DNA of 64,000 nt from Utricularia gibba (Eukaryota > Plantae > Magnoliophyta): positions 868,001 to 932,000 of the forward strand of contig NEEC01000002.1 in the NCBI GenBank assembly GCA_002189035.1, given 5' to 3'. The first letter of the stretch is position 1. The number at the start of each line of letters is the position of its first letter. The notes under the pieces are model-generated. The model was given only the letters and a program-made list of their open reading frames with translations. It was not told the origin of the DNA and searched no databases. The translations under genes and the position numbers were made by a program. Below are positions 27,420-40,199 of this stretch, one piece after another.

Positions 27420-28947
27420 TGTTGGAAACAGAGAAGCTTCAAGGTTTTCTTGCACTGAAAAGCTTGCTGTTCGTGTTCCAAAACCTCGTCCCAGTACGTG
27501 TATTTATAGTCGAAAATGGAGCTCGTAGGTCAAATTATGTTACGTTAAGAAAATGGCGTCAGGTCACCAACTACAGGAACCACGTAGGGGAAGAAACATT
27601 CTTCACCTTTCTGCGTTATTTTTTTATTTGTTGACAATGAAAATAGTTAGAATAAATAAAATTTAAATAATATAAATATATTACACAATTATTCAAAATA
27701 TTAAATGGATAAAATATATTTTCGTATCAATTTAAATTATCAAATATGTTGATATTTTTCATTTATAATAATTCCAATTATGAAATAAAGTTTATTAATA
27801 TTTTCATGGCTGTTTTTAAAATATTTTAAATTCCGTTTTTCTCAAAATGCAAAAACTTAATTCCACATATAAATTCTTTTGAAGGTGCAAGGCAGGCGAA
27901 TGTCAACTAATTTAAAAATATAAAAAATGTCGCCATGCAAGTAGTTGACTTTTGAGATTATGGAATCAACGGTACGGATGAGGATGAACCAAGTCCAATC
28001 ACAATCGCACAGCTGGAGGACGTGGTTTTTCAATTTCGCACGTTTTGTCTGACGCGCTTTGGTCCGCACCTTCAATCTAATCCACAACTCCAGTCCACGT
28101 TGTTTTTAAAATTCGATTCCGAAATTGAATCGGTGGAATATTGGTTCAGTCTTGAACCCGGTTTTAACCGACTAAGTTGAATTTCACATGTCAATATTTT
28201 TTAATTTTTTTGTATGTATTTTGCAGCCGAAATTATTTTGATAATTAACATATCGAATTGAAATCGAGCCAAATATCGGTTAAAGAGTTTCAACTCCGCC
28301 ACTTTCAAAATACACTTCCAAAATGATTAGGCTTGGTTGAATTATCAAGTCGAAATGTGTGTTCTGGAAAACTTTTGTAATATATTTTTAATTATATAAA
28401 ATTAAAACTGTTTTGTTTTTTATTTGAAAATTATTGTTACAATATATTTGCATTAATTTTAATTAAAATTAAAAAATCCAATTAATTGTATAATCACATG
28501 TATGAATTTAAGTATATAATAAACATAGATAATATTTTAAAAAATTAAATTCAATTAATTATAAGTGAATTTTATGTTTTTATATATTTAATTATATCAT
28601 TTTAATATTTCAATATCAAAATGTTTGCTCTAATATTTTTATTTCTATTTTTAATTTGTAATCGAGCATCCACAAATTTTCTACGACACTTTTACGTTAA
28701 TTTCTACTCTTAGCTTTTGCAAAAGTAAAAATAAGCTCCATGAATTTTCCAGAACAATGTTAATTCTAAAAAGGTGTATTATTTATATTTTATTCTAAAA
28801 CTTTATTATAATAACTTGGAATAGAAATGCATTTCAGGAAAACAACCAGGGGGGAATGAAAAATAGCAGAAAACCAACATGCAACTCTCTCGGTATTTCA
28901 GAGCTTGTAATGCTTCCTCTCTTGTGAAAGAAAGCACGACCCTGAAC

Positions 28948-30056
28948 TCAATTTACGCGCCTGCAGTTGGTCCTGATCTGCCCCTGTGCTCCCGTGAGAG
29001 GGCTCAGGCTTGACATCTTCACCATCGCGGCGGCGAAGGAGCTGAAGAAGGAGGCGGTGTTTGTGGCGAAACCCTGAACTTGCGCGCCAGTTGCGGTGCT
29101 GTTGAGAAGCTCCTGATCGGAATGGAGAAGTCCCCTTTGTGCTACCAAATTCCGGTAGTAGTTGCCGTCGAAAATGGTACTCGACCCAACGTCAAGCGGT
29201 GACAGGTTGTTGTCGCCGGTGCCCGCGGCTCTCGGACAGTTGCCTTGCAACGTAGCTGCGTATCCGGGGCTTATGTTCGTGTCATTGTAGATCCTGTTCC
29301 TGAAAGTCACGCACCTCGCTTGTCCAATCGTGTGTCCACCTGTAAGAGCAGTTCCAAATGTTAAAATGTTTGCTTTGTATTATGATATCGCTTCTTTTTC
29401 CATGATTTACCTGAAAGAGTGACCATCTCACTCGCTGTAAATCCCTTGTTGGAGAAGGCCGAGATGAGGCCGGGAAGGTCTAGGAAAGGCGCCGGGAGGT
29501 CGCTGTTGGCGGCCGACAAGCTCGCCGTGGTCGAGTCCCTTCTCCCGAACGGCACACTCCAACTTGGGCCGCCGAGCTGAAACAAAAGAGACGTGAGTAT
29601 TTTAACATGTAACTGTTGTACTAGGAAAATGCATTGATTCGTCATCGTGGGACTCACCGCAACAACGGAGTCTCTCGCCGCAAGCGCCAAGATATCGCCG
29701 CAAGAGACAACGCCGGGGCACGCCCTCTCCACCTGAGCCTTGATGGTGTCGATCACGTCGAACCCTCTAACCGAGTTTGCGTTAGGAAGCGCCGTCTTCT
29801 CGCCGGTGAACGTCGCCGTGTCGTCCAGCAAAATCGATCCGTCGCACCCCTGAACGAAGCAATCGTGGAAGTGTAGACGAAGCAGGGAGGCGCCCATGCG
29901 GAACTCTCGGGACACGGCGGACAGAACAGCGCCTCTAGCTATCAGAGGAAACTGTGGGCACGTTGCAGCGTAGAACGATGGAGAAAGCTGCGCATTTGCA
30001 GCTGATGCTACAAAGAGCAGAAGCACAAATCTTGCAACAAAGCCTTCACTAGCCAT
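28948..30056 (-). CDS. Class III secretory peroxidase D (cationic peroxidase 1-like), three exons (intron 1 absent)
   Basis: [10 protein letters not shown] signal peptide, continuous [39 protein letters not shown] and NCRRVN; TATA at 30131-30138. Confidence 0.97.
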
Positions 30057-31507
30057 TGCTGAAAAAGCCAAGGGTTTTCTCTCTATGAAAACTCTGGTTG
30101 TGGGTGGTTTTAGAGATCCAACTCCCTGCATATTTATAGCCTCAAGATGGCCAACCAAGGAGCCTCACATGGCCAACTAAGGAGGCTATATCTAGTGATT
30201 TTTATCAGAATAAACAATTTCATCTCCAGATTTGAAATTATAATAATTAATTATTTAACGAAATATAAATCATCATTAATTTATTAAAGTTAATATTTTC
30301 TAATATGATATACGTTTTTTATATATTTGAATTTCATATTTCATGTTTTAACAGAGTTAAGAATGAAATAAACTTGATGATATGTATTAGAACAAATAAT
30401 TCTAAATCAAAAAATGAAATTAAAATAATTAAATATATAATAATTTGTAAATTACTGAAAATTAACTATATATATATACATATTTTTCAATATCATTTGT
30501 AAAATATATCATATATTTATCTAATAATAAATAGTTAAAAAAGAAAATGTTATTTGTAAATCAATTTATGTTATTAGTATATGAAAGACGACCTAAGGGA
30601 GTAGACGCCGTTGACGTTGACCTTGTAGAAATTCCACCATTTTTGTGGATACGGACAACAACAGTAAAAAAGCACTTACGTAATTTTCAATTATTTTCGC
30701 CGACAATTAGGAATTCCTTTTTGACTTTCGAGATGATGGACTTTTAAGTTGAATAATGATCCCATTTCGTAAAAAAAAAATAATTAATAAATTAAATCAG
30801 GGTATTTCACCTTATGCTATTTTAGGCATAGAATGCCACGTGGCGTGTTAATCTCTTTAGATTTAATATTAGGGTTTATTAATCATCAATTAATTAATGT
30901 TTTACCCTAAAAGCAATCCATTTATGCTAATGACAGAGACGTCGTTTTCAAGTTCGGTATTATTGTCTCAAACCACGCGGAGAATAAAGAAACGTCTCCC
31001 AACGTTAATCGTTGCCCTATTTCGTCTTCTTCTGTTTTTTCTAAACACCTTTTGAATAGTGATTTTTTAAATTTTTTAATAATAATAAAGAAATTATTTA
31101 ATAAAGGTGTTTAATTTTTGTAACATTAAATGAAATGGGATTAATTTAAAAAAAGTCTAATTTGAGAAATATAAGTGTGTTAGGTGTCATTTAAAAATAA
31201 TATTGTTTTATAATTATATTTATATGAAATATTATTAGATTACAAATATTTACATAATTGTAAGCAATTAAAAATTTGTATTGAATAAATTGTTATCAAA
31301 ATTTTTATAGTTCAGAATTTTCTAAAAATAATTTTTTATTATATCTTTAAAATTTGAGGGAATTTTGTTTAATATTTACAATTAATTTCTTGTGCTATCC
31401 AACAGTTCGAAAAGTGTTACTGAAGTCCAAATTTCCATTCAGTTTTTTGGGCCATCGAAGGCCCAAATATAACCGCCCAAATTTTCAAACTGACGTTGCT
31501 GGGCAGG

Positions 31508-32815
31508 ATGCTGCTGGGAACTTTGCGTCGGCGATTGCTTGCTGGAGGAGAAGCTGATCGATGGCGATGCGCAGTTTCTGCAGGCCACCAACAAAAGTTT
31601 TTCTTTTGTAAAGCATATTCGAATTCAAAATCTGTGTCTCGTTTGGAGAATTACTATATACGAAAAAGAAGGAAGTGGCCAATTAAACCTTGCAAAACAT
31701 TGTGGATCGAGAGCTTCGGTTTTCAGCTTGCGAAGAGATGTTTCAAGCAAGGGGCGAGGAGATCAAACACGAATCTCCTTTCTGAGCTCAGGAGCTCCTT
31801 TGCAGCGTATGACATCGATCTCACTGCGCAATCCTACAATTTATTAGTCAAGGTACTGATTCGTGAGCAGCCATCGAATTGGAAAGAACAGCTTAGTGAG
31901 ATTCTTGCTCATTTGGAGAAAAGGGAAATTTGCGGTTTGCCCATATCGATGTTTATGGATTTGATCAAATTTTATGGGGAAAAGTGTATGTATGATGATG
32001 CAGTCAAGTTGTTTGTTGAAATGCCCAAGTATGGTTGCGAACCTTCTTTGGAAGTTCTCAACAATCTACTCTCAGTTCTCTGTAGGAGCGATAAGGGTCT
32101 GAATACTGTGCCTTGGTTACTGACCAACTGTCCGGGAATGAAGAATATCAGGATTGATGAGTCAAGTTTTGGGATTTTGATTAGGGCGCTTTGCAGGAAA
32201 GGAAAGGCAGGCAGCGCGCTCCAATTTTTGAACCAGATGGCCGAGGAGGGTTACGATGTAGACCAAAGTATTTGCTCACAGACACTTGCTACAATCTGCA
32301 GGCAGCCAAATACAGATGCTGGCTGGGACATTGCTGGAGTTTTGGAGGATTTGAAACTTCTTGGCTTTGAACCAAGACTGAAGGATTATCACAATATGAT
32401 AAGAGCTCTGCTGAAAAGGAAGAAGGTCATGGATGCTCTGGAGCTCATGAGACAGATGAAAATGAAAAGAGTTATCCCTGAGATCGAATGCTACAACTTG
32501 GTTCTTGAGGCCCTTATATCTGACAGGGAGTTTTTGAAGGCTGAAGACCTGTTCGATGAGCTTCTGGTTATGGGATGTGTTCCTGATATCTACACATACA
32601 CTGTGTACATCAACGGTTTAGTAATCCAAAACAGAGTAGATGATGCGATTCAGATGGTGAGCTCGATGAAGAACTTGGGCTGTGCTCCAAACCTATGTAT
32701 CTATACCACAATTTCCAGAGCTCTCGCTGGAGCAGGCAAATCGGATACTGTGCAAGAGTTCCTGGTTGAAATTCAGAACAAGTGCTTGCATCCAACCCTC
32801 ACACTTACGGATTAG
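31508..32815 (+). CDS. P-class pentatricopeptide repeat protein, probably organelle-targeted, intronless, ~435 aa
   Basis: Basic N-terminal presequence-like region followed by tandem ~35-aa PPR motifs (e.g. SFGILIRALCRKGKAGSALQFLNQMAEEGY, YNLVLEALISDREFLKAEDLFDELLVMGCVPD). Confidence 0.93.
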   Translation: MLLGTLRRRLLAGGEADRWRCAVSAGHQQKFFFCKAYSNSKSVSRLENYYIRKRRKWPIKPCKTLWIESFGFQLAKRCFKQGARRSNTNLLSELRSSFAAYDIDLTAQSYNLLVKVLIREQPSNWKEQLSEILAHLEKREICGLPISMFMDLIKFYGEKCMYDDAVKLFVEMPKYGCEPSLEVLNNLLSVLCRSDKGLNTVPWLLTNCPGMKNIRIDESSFGILIRALCRKGKAGSALQFLNQMAEEGYDVDQSICSQTLATICRQPNTDAGWDIAGVLEDLKLLGFEPRLKDYHNMIRALLKRKKVMDALELMRQMKMKRVIPEIECYNLVLEALISDREFLKAEDLFDELLVMGCVPDIYTYTVYINGLVIQNRVDDAIQMVSSMKNLGCAPNLCIYTTISRALAGAGKSDTVQEFLVEIQNKCLHPTLTLTD

Positions 32816-33337
32816 TAGATTAGTAGCAATGGTATATAGGGATTTTGATCAATGGTGTCATTTCTGTTGATGACGATAAGTTCCTTGAATTGTTAAAGAT
32901 GATCCGAATAATCATTTATTTAGATATTTATACATTTAATTTTATTCATTGTATACTTAATAAAATGATTATAATTAAATAAAAGTGTAAGATCTTAGGT
33001 AAATTTCACATAAGTTATAGACAAAGTAAAAGTATAATTTATATAAAGAGATTTTATCTAGTATTATATGAAGTTTTTTTCTGAAAGTGTAAAATGTAAA
33101 ATCATAAAAATTGTATGTTTAAAACGTACAATATCATCCAAATAAAATATAGGTAGTATAATATTTATTTTTTTAAAAAATATTGTAATGTGTAAATTTC
33201 AATGAAATAAGATTGCGGTTGCTGGCCTGGAGAATTACTGCGATGCTCTCCAATTATTAGACGAAGTGTAAATTAGGGCAGGGCGGGGAGCGTGAAATTT
33301 CACCTTCTCTCTCAGCGAACTGAGTGGCTGCGAGACG

Positions 33338-34589
33338 ATGCCGTGTGTTAACCTGTCGACCAACGTTAGCTTGGAGGGCGTCGACACCTCCGCCATCCTA
33401 TCGGAAGTTTCCTCCTCCGTTGCAAAGATCATCGGGAAACCTGAGGCTGTTGGTGTTTTCCATTTTCTTAGTATTTTCAGCTATTTTTAGATGTGTTTTT
33501 GTGAATCTTGTAAACGTCAGTGGTACTATACGCTCCAGTTATGTGATAATCTGGCTGAATATTTTGGAGATCGCGAATCTGCTGGTTTGGGTCTTGATTT
33601 TTTTATTGATTGTCGCAACGGCAGCAATTTCTTAGGATTACGGTGGGTTTTTATAGACATTGTGGCAAGTATGTTTTATTGGAGTGTGTGTTTGAAGCCA
33701 AGGGAAGATGCGATTTGTTGCAGAAAATGCACCAAATCGAGTCATACTTTAGTGATGTCATTCGTAAACTTAACAATAAAGTAAATAGTTTTAGGAAATT
33801 AGAGAAGGTGTGTATTGCATACTTTGTTGTCGTGGGAGTTGTCAATGGCTCAGTAACATTAGCTTATACAAGTGATAAGCTCTCTTTGGAACTCATTCGG
33901 AGGAGACAGGAGCTGTCAATTGCTTGAATTATGACAACAGCGGGGCATTTCTTTTCTTGACGTGTGTGGGTGTCGTTTATTCACATTAGAAAACTGTGGA
34001 AATTGATTCTCTGTTGCAGTTCTGCTCTCTTTATGTGTTTGTTGTCCTGCTATGATGCAGTATGTGATGGCTGTGCTGAAGGGATCTATACCAATTGCCT
34101 TTGGTGGGACAGAGGAGCCCGCTGCATATGGAGAGCTGGTTTCCATCGGTGGCCTGAACTCTGATATCAACAAGAAACTGAGTGCTGCCATTGCAGCCAT
34201 TCTTCAGACTAAGCTCTCTATCCCAAAATCAAGATTCTACCTCAAGTTCTATGATACAAAGGTACAGTGAATACTCCTGGTGGCGTGGTCGAATGCTTGG
34301 AGTGATTCTTATTGCATTATTGTGCTTGTTTAGGCCCACCAAATCCAAGAACACGCACAATGTCTATATGCTTTACACCAGTTATAGCTCATGCAATCAA
34401 CCTTCACTTTGTGGAAGTCGGTGTTTCATAGTTTTTAGATGTTGGTGATATCTACTTTGGCTCACTTATCCTATCCTTCATCCCCTACAAAAACCCCACT
34501 TCCATGTTTTTGCAGTTGCACTTGATGCTCATGTTTCTTTGTTGTCTCCGCAGGGCTCCTTCTTTGGTTGGAACGGGTCTACCTTCTAG
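33338..34589 (+). CDS. MDL: MIF/D-dopachrome tautomerase-like protein, join(33338..33448, 34061..34261, 34554..34589), 115 aa
   Basis: MPCVNLSTNV with catalytic Pro1, IAKIIGKPE-type motif, FGGTEEPAAYGELVSIGGL, SRFYLKFYD and terminal GSFFGWNGSTF*; GT-AG junctions in phase. Confidence 0.95.
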
Positions 34590-35312
34590 GCGACCGGTGC
34601 TAGGTCTGTATGGCTCCATGAGCTCACCCTTCCCCCTCACCTGTCTGAACATGATACACTTCCCATGTTTCTTCCTTAAAGTTGGAACCTTTCAATTCCA
34701 ACAACCCAAATGCTCTCCTCTACACCAGAAACCCAGTTTCTCATATTCACCAATGGGCATCCTTCAGTCCGGTCCACCCCAGACCGGAGGGCCCAATGGG
34801 GTAATTGAGTAATAGACACGCATGAATTCATCATATCCAAAGGTAAATGGTAGCATGTCTTTGAATCGAAAGGCAAGGCTTGAGAAGCATTGACCGGTCG
34901 ATGGCGATTCCATTACAACAAACAAGCAAACAAAGAAATCAGACCGAGCTGCTCCCCTTGTCTGCTTTCTATTTCACCACGTTGTTTTTTTGCATGCCTC
35001 TCCCTACTTCTGTTGTCCTGGAAATGTGACTGAGTCACTGCGTTGACCGCAGATTCAAAGTCATGCAGATGCAAACTTGCAGCATATTTTTGTTCTATTC
35101 AAATCAATATCATTATTTTCTTTTCATATATATATTTTAATTATAATAATATTATACGATAAAAATAATTTGAAATATGTTATTAATAAAAATGCTTCCC
35201 CCAAGCCATTTTCACGAAGATGAACGGTGTGAATGCATCTCAACGGGGTGGAGATTCGACCAGGTGTCGGCAGCGAGTCCATAAAAAGAAATGTCACCGC
35301 GTCGCAAACGGA

Positions 35313-35633
35313 CACGTGGTAGGCCCCTGCCAAACGTGGCTTCGCTTGTCCGTGTAGGAGATTTTTCTAACATATCATCATTAAAAAAATTAAAATATAT
35401 ATATCAATAAACTTTATTAAAGTGTATTTTTAATGTAAATGACCACGACCACCGAATATCCTCTCAACCCTTCTAGGGGTGTTTTGGACAATTACTATAC
35501 AAGATCCTGAAATTTATCTAATTGCGCCCGGACCCCATGATTTCATGAAATTGCTTTCACACCGAAAAGAAAATTGTCGCCCAACGCGGCGGTTGTGATC
35601 GTATTGTGGCAGTTTGAAAGGGCCCACCACGTG
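35313..35633. promoter_or_regulatory. Cluster of G-box/ACGT elements in the long spacer upstream of the JOX-like gene
   Basis: CACGTG at 35313-35318 and 35628-35633, AACGTG at 35333-35338. Target gene and function are inferred only. Confidence 0.35.
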
Positions 35634-38314
35634 ACTTCTCGCTCCCCAAGCAGCACAATTATTATGATTACAATAATCCTCTTTTTTTTTTCTTAGATTT
35701 TCAGTAAATTAATATTTTGAAAATTTATAATTTGTATTATAAATTATAATGGTTTCCAGTTTTTAACCTAAATCATACGTTTCCGATTTCTCTTTAGTCC
35801 AAAGTTTTAAAAATTGAGTATAGATTTCAAAATATATAATGCATTTCCTTTTTAAAATACATTGATAAGATTAAATTAAATATTCAATTAACAATATGAA
35901 TTAGATGCCCAAGAAGATGTATACAAGGTGCGAGAAATCAATGTTTTTTACGAGGTTGTAATTTTTTAAAACCGTTTAAAAACTATTTTTATAGTAAATA
36001 CGTCCATAATGAAAATAATATAATATATGAATATGAGCGCTGTTTATTATACAACAATGTCATCAAATAATTATAGAGATAAGTTCATATGTTATAGTAT
36101 ATATTAATTGGAATAAAAAATATAAAATTTATATAAATTGAGTATTTATTATCAAAATTATAAAAATATCACAATTCATAAGATAGCAATGTTTATGAAG
36201 TAGTAATATATTTGATAATATAAATTATGTATTTTTAAATAATTATATATTCATATTTTTAAGCTGAAAAAAATAAAAATATATATTTGATAATAAATAA
36301 AGAGGAGATGTGTACTATCTATCCTACCTGACACAATAAATAGCAGTCACAAAAGCACAAGTAACTGTGGGCATGTGAATCAAGATATTTTATTTATTTA
36401 TTAAAAGAAAATTTCTGGCATATAATTTATTAATATAAAATAAATGGCGTCATCCGATGGTGACGTGTTGAACATTCACCATGTCATGTCACATTACCAA
36501 CATTTGATGTTCTTGGAAAATTTATAATTATCGTTTCTTTTTCCTTTTTTTTAAAAAGCTCCAAAAGACAAAAGATTTAAAAAAACAATATTTTACTTTA
36601 AGTACATATTAAATTAATAATAATACAACACCTTTCAAAATAACTTTTAATATCTAAACTTGTGAAATGTCTAAAACACCCTTTTCTGTAAATAATTGGA
36701 ATCCTGTCCTTGTCAATGAACTTTGATCGGAATGCTACATTTTTTGTGTTGGGGAGTGGGAGCATGGAGAATATTTGAGGATTAAAATCATTTCTAGATT
36801 TACCTGAAAAAAAAAGTAGTATAAATAGTTGAATGCCTGTGAAAGTAGCACAGCATGTGAGGGGTAGAGGTGCAGTGTGGCCCCGCCATGTCCACCATGT
36901 GCCCACTTGACTGGTGCGGCAGCCGGAGCTAATCTCTCCGTTCACTTTTCACGTCTGCCTGCCCTGAACGAGAACCCGGTCCTCGCCCCCTGTTTCAGCT
37001 TCGTTTTACCTCTTCGCTCTCTGCTTTTACCGCAGTAAATCCGTCTTGTGGGTTTTCTAGCTGCATGATACACATAAGCTGAATGAGGGAGTAGCTGAAG
37101 GAGGAGCTTATTAAAATTTAGGATTCTATAGATTGGGCGAGCAAGTATCTGAAATTTAAGTATATAATAAAAGTGGACTATAATAGAAAACATTAATCAT
37201 AATTGATTACTAATGATTTATAACTTTTTATATAATTAATTATTTTAATTTCATTTTCTGATGTGCAATTGTATATTCTAATAAAGCTTTCAGGTGATCA
37301 TTGATGGAGCTCGAGGAGGGGATAAGCTTGGGGGTTTGGGGATGGCAAGGCATGTCGGGACATTCCAACCAGGGTTGGATAGCAACGCAGCTACAGTTGC
37401 TGATGTTATGGGGGTTCCGGTGGACATCATCATAGCGTTGTTGTTGTTGTTGTCAATGACGCACCCGCGACGCCATGGAATGTACGTGATGTCTCAAGCC
37501 ATGCTCCTGTATTTCTTTTTTGTCTAACCATTGTTAAAATGAAGGATATGATAGGTAGAACTAGCAAACGTATAACCTAAATACATTAAAAATTAAATTC
37601 AATCAATTGTTAGTAATCTATAATTTATTATATAATTGTCTATTTCAATATCAACTTAGTATTAGTTGCACTCTCAAGTAGCAACCTAGTTAGTTGTTCT
37701 TATTCAAGTAACTGCTTTCAAAAAAAACTCCACTAACTCTTGAAATGTGTTGGTGGAGTAGTCAGTAGAGACTGTTACACCCCTGGTGGACACCTAACTC
37801 AACAAAAAAAAAAAGAATTTTATCATCAAATATAAATAATTTATAAATTTAAAAATATACTTTTTTATTTTTAAAAAGTTTTATCGGAATTTATAAAAGC
37901 TTTTCTAGAAAAGTTATACTTTTATTACAGTGTGGAGAAAAGCATAGTTTTGTGTATTTCGTCACATGACTAATTACGTTTTTTATACGAACTTCAGTCA
38001 TCCACGGCGCCGGAATTTATCCATGAACACTTTATTATATTAATAATGATAATAATAATTGTTTTTAGGTTGATCATGTGCCAATGTATCTATATATATA
38101 TATGTATGTATATTGATGTGGATTCTAGTAGGGCACTTGCTCTTATCTCTTACTCAATCATGGAGGAGGGGTTGTGGGGTTTCGCACGCACCACTCAACC
38201 TGTGGCTCATCTTCTTCTTTTTCTTCAGGATCATTAGAGATACGGGTGCTGTGTGTTTATACTGTTCCATTAGTGTTAGTCTCTGCAACTTTTGGGAAGC
38301 AAGAGCGTGAGAAG

Positions 38315-39511
38315 ATGATGAACATAGTGACGAGCTGGCCGGAGCCTGTGATTCGGGTAAGGGAGCTGTCGGAGAGTGGGATTCGTGTGATACCCGACAG
38401 GTACGTGAAGAAGCCGGAGGATCGGCCGGTGTGTTTTGAAACGGGGGGAGTCAACATTCCGGTGGTCGATATGGCGGGGCTTTACTCGCCGGAGGAGGCT
38501 ATTCGCCAGAAGACAGCGGAGATGATCGATGCGGCGTGCCGGGACTGGGGATTCTTCCAGGTGGTGAACCACGGCGTGGACCACGAGGTGATGCGGCGGT
38601 GCCGGCAGACGTGGAGAGAGTTCTTCGAGCTTCCACTGGAGGAGAAGCTCAAGTACGCCAACACGCCGTGCACCTACGAGGGATACGGCAGCCGACTTGG
38701 CGTCGAGAAAGGCGTGTCCCTCGACTGGAGCGACTACTTCTTTCTTCACTATCTTCCTGTTCGCCTCCGCGATCCCAAAAAGTGGCCCAGCCTCCCGGCC
38801 TCATGCAGGGAGGTGCTGGATGAGTACAGCAAACGAGTGGTGGAGCTCTGCCGTAAGCTTTTGATGACGTTATCGGCCAATCTCGGGCTGCCAGAAAATT
38901 TCCTCGGCGAAGCCTTCGGAGGAGAGGATGGGTTTAGTGCATGCATGAGAGCAAATTATTACCCAAAATGCCCTCAACCGGATCTCACACTGGGTCTCTC
39001 GCCCCACTCAGATCCGGGAGGAATGACACTTCTGTACGCCGACGAGAATCTTCCGGGGCTCCAAGTCCGCCATGCCGGAAAATGGGTAACCGTAAAACCC
39101 GCCCCAGACGCCTTCATCGTCAACTTGGGAGATCAAATCCAGGTTCATATCTTTCCCTTTCTGCCTAATCCAATTTCTGTGCCAAAAAGCTAAACCAAAC
39201 AAACCACACGGTTTGAGTTTCGAGGCTGGGTTACTGAGAAGGCTACTTTGGTAATTCAGTTCATAAGCAACGGGATCTACAAGAGCATTGAGCACAGAGT
39301 GGTGGTGAACTCGGAGAAGTCGCGGGTTTCCATGGCGTTTTTCTGCAACCCCCGCGGGGACCTCGTGATCCAGCCGGCGGCGCAACTGGTGACGGCGGAC
39401 CGGCCGGAGATGTATCTGCCGACGACGTTCGATAACTACCGGCGGTATATTCGGATGAAAGGGCCAAGTGGCAAGATTCAAGTGGACACGCTACTTAGCC
39501 CACGTAAATAA
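38315..39511 (+). CDS. JOX: 2-oxoglutarate/Fe(II) dioxygenase, jasmonate-induced oxygenase (JOX/JAO)-like, join(38315..39142, 39260..39511)
   Basis: SWPEPVIRVRELSESG N-terminus, EGYGSRLGVEKG..LDWSDYFFLHYLP, HSD...H iron triad and RVS 2OG-binding motif. Confidence 0.88.
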
Positions 39512-39982
39512 ATTAATCAATAAATATTAAAATCTAATGTTCCCCCCTATCCTTTTTCCTCCTCAATGTGCTCAAAAGCTGATGTTGATCTGGTAGCATG
39601 TACTGTCTTTTATCAACAAATAAGAAAAAAAAACAAAAAATCTAGGTTATTATTATAATAATGATATTTTATATATATCTTTTTATTTTCATTTAAAAAA
39701 GTAAAAAAATGAATGGGTGAGTGGTGAAATAATGGCTCGTGACATCCCTAGCCCCGGTCGCTATCTGCCTACGTGGTCCACATTAGCCGAAAAAAGGAAG
39801 AAGTTATTTAAATCGGGAGGGAGACGTGTCTAGAACGCAAGAACGTGTTTAATACATTATATAACATAAGGTATCTAACCATAGCAAACACGCCTCCAAT
39901 CACGAAACCCCCCAATTCAACATGAATTTAAATTATACATACATTTTTTTATTAGAGGATAGTCAATTTATCATATTTAAAG

Positions 39983-40199
39983 AGTGTTTTGGAAAATTTT
40001 TATAACCTATTTCGATTTTTTAGAAGTAAAAATAATTTTGTTTTAAAACAATTTTAATTGTAAAAATATTTTTATCAAAAACATTTTTAAAATTATAAAT
40101 ATAAAAGTTATTTTTAGAAAAATAAGAAGTTTTTTACTTTTACTTTTTATTTATATATTTTAAAAATAAAAATAGTTTTCAAAAAATTTCCAGAACACT
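39983..40199. mobile_element. Small degenerate MITE-like element
   Basis: Terminal inverted repeats agtgttttggaaaattttt / aaaaaatttccagaacact (17 of 19 match) around an AT-rich core; TSD unclear. Confidence 0.5.
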
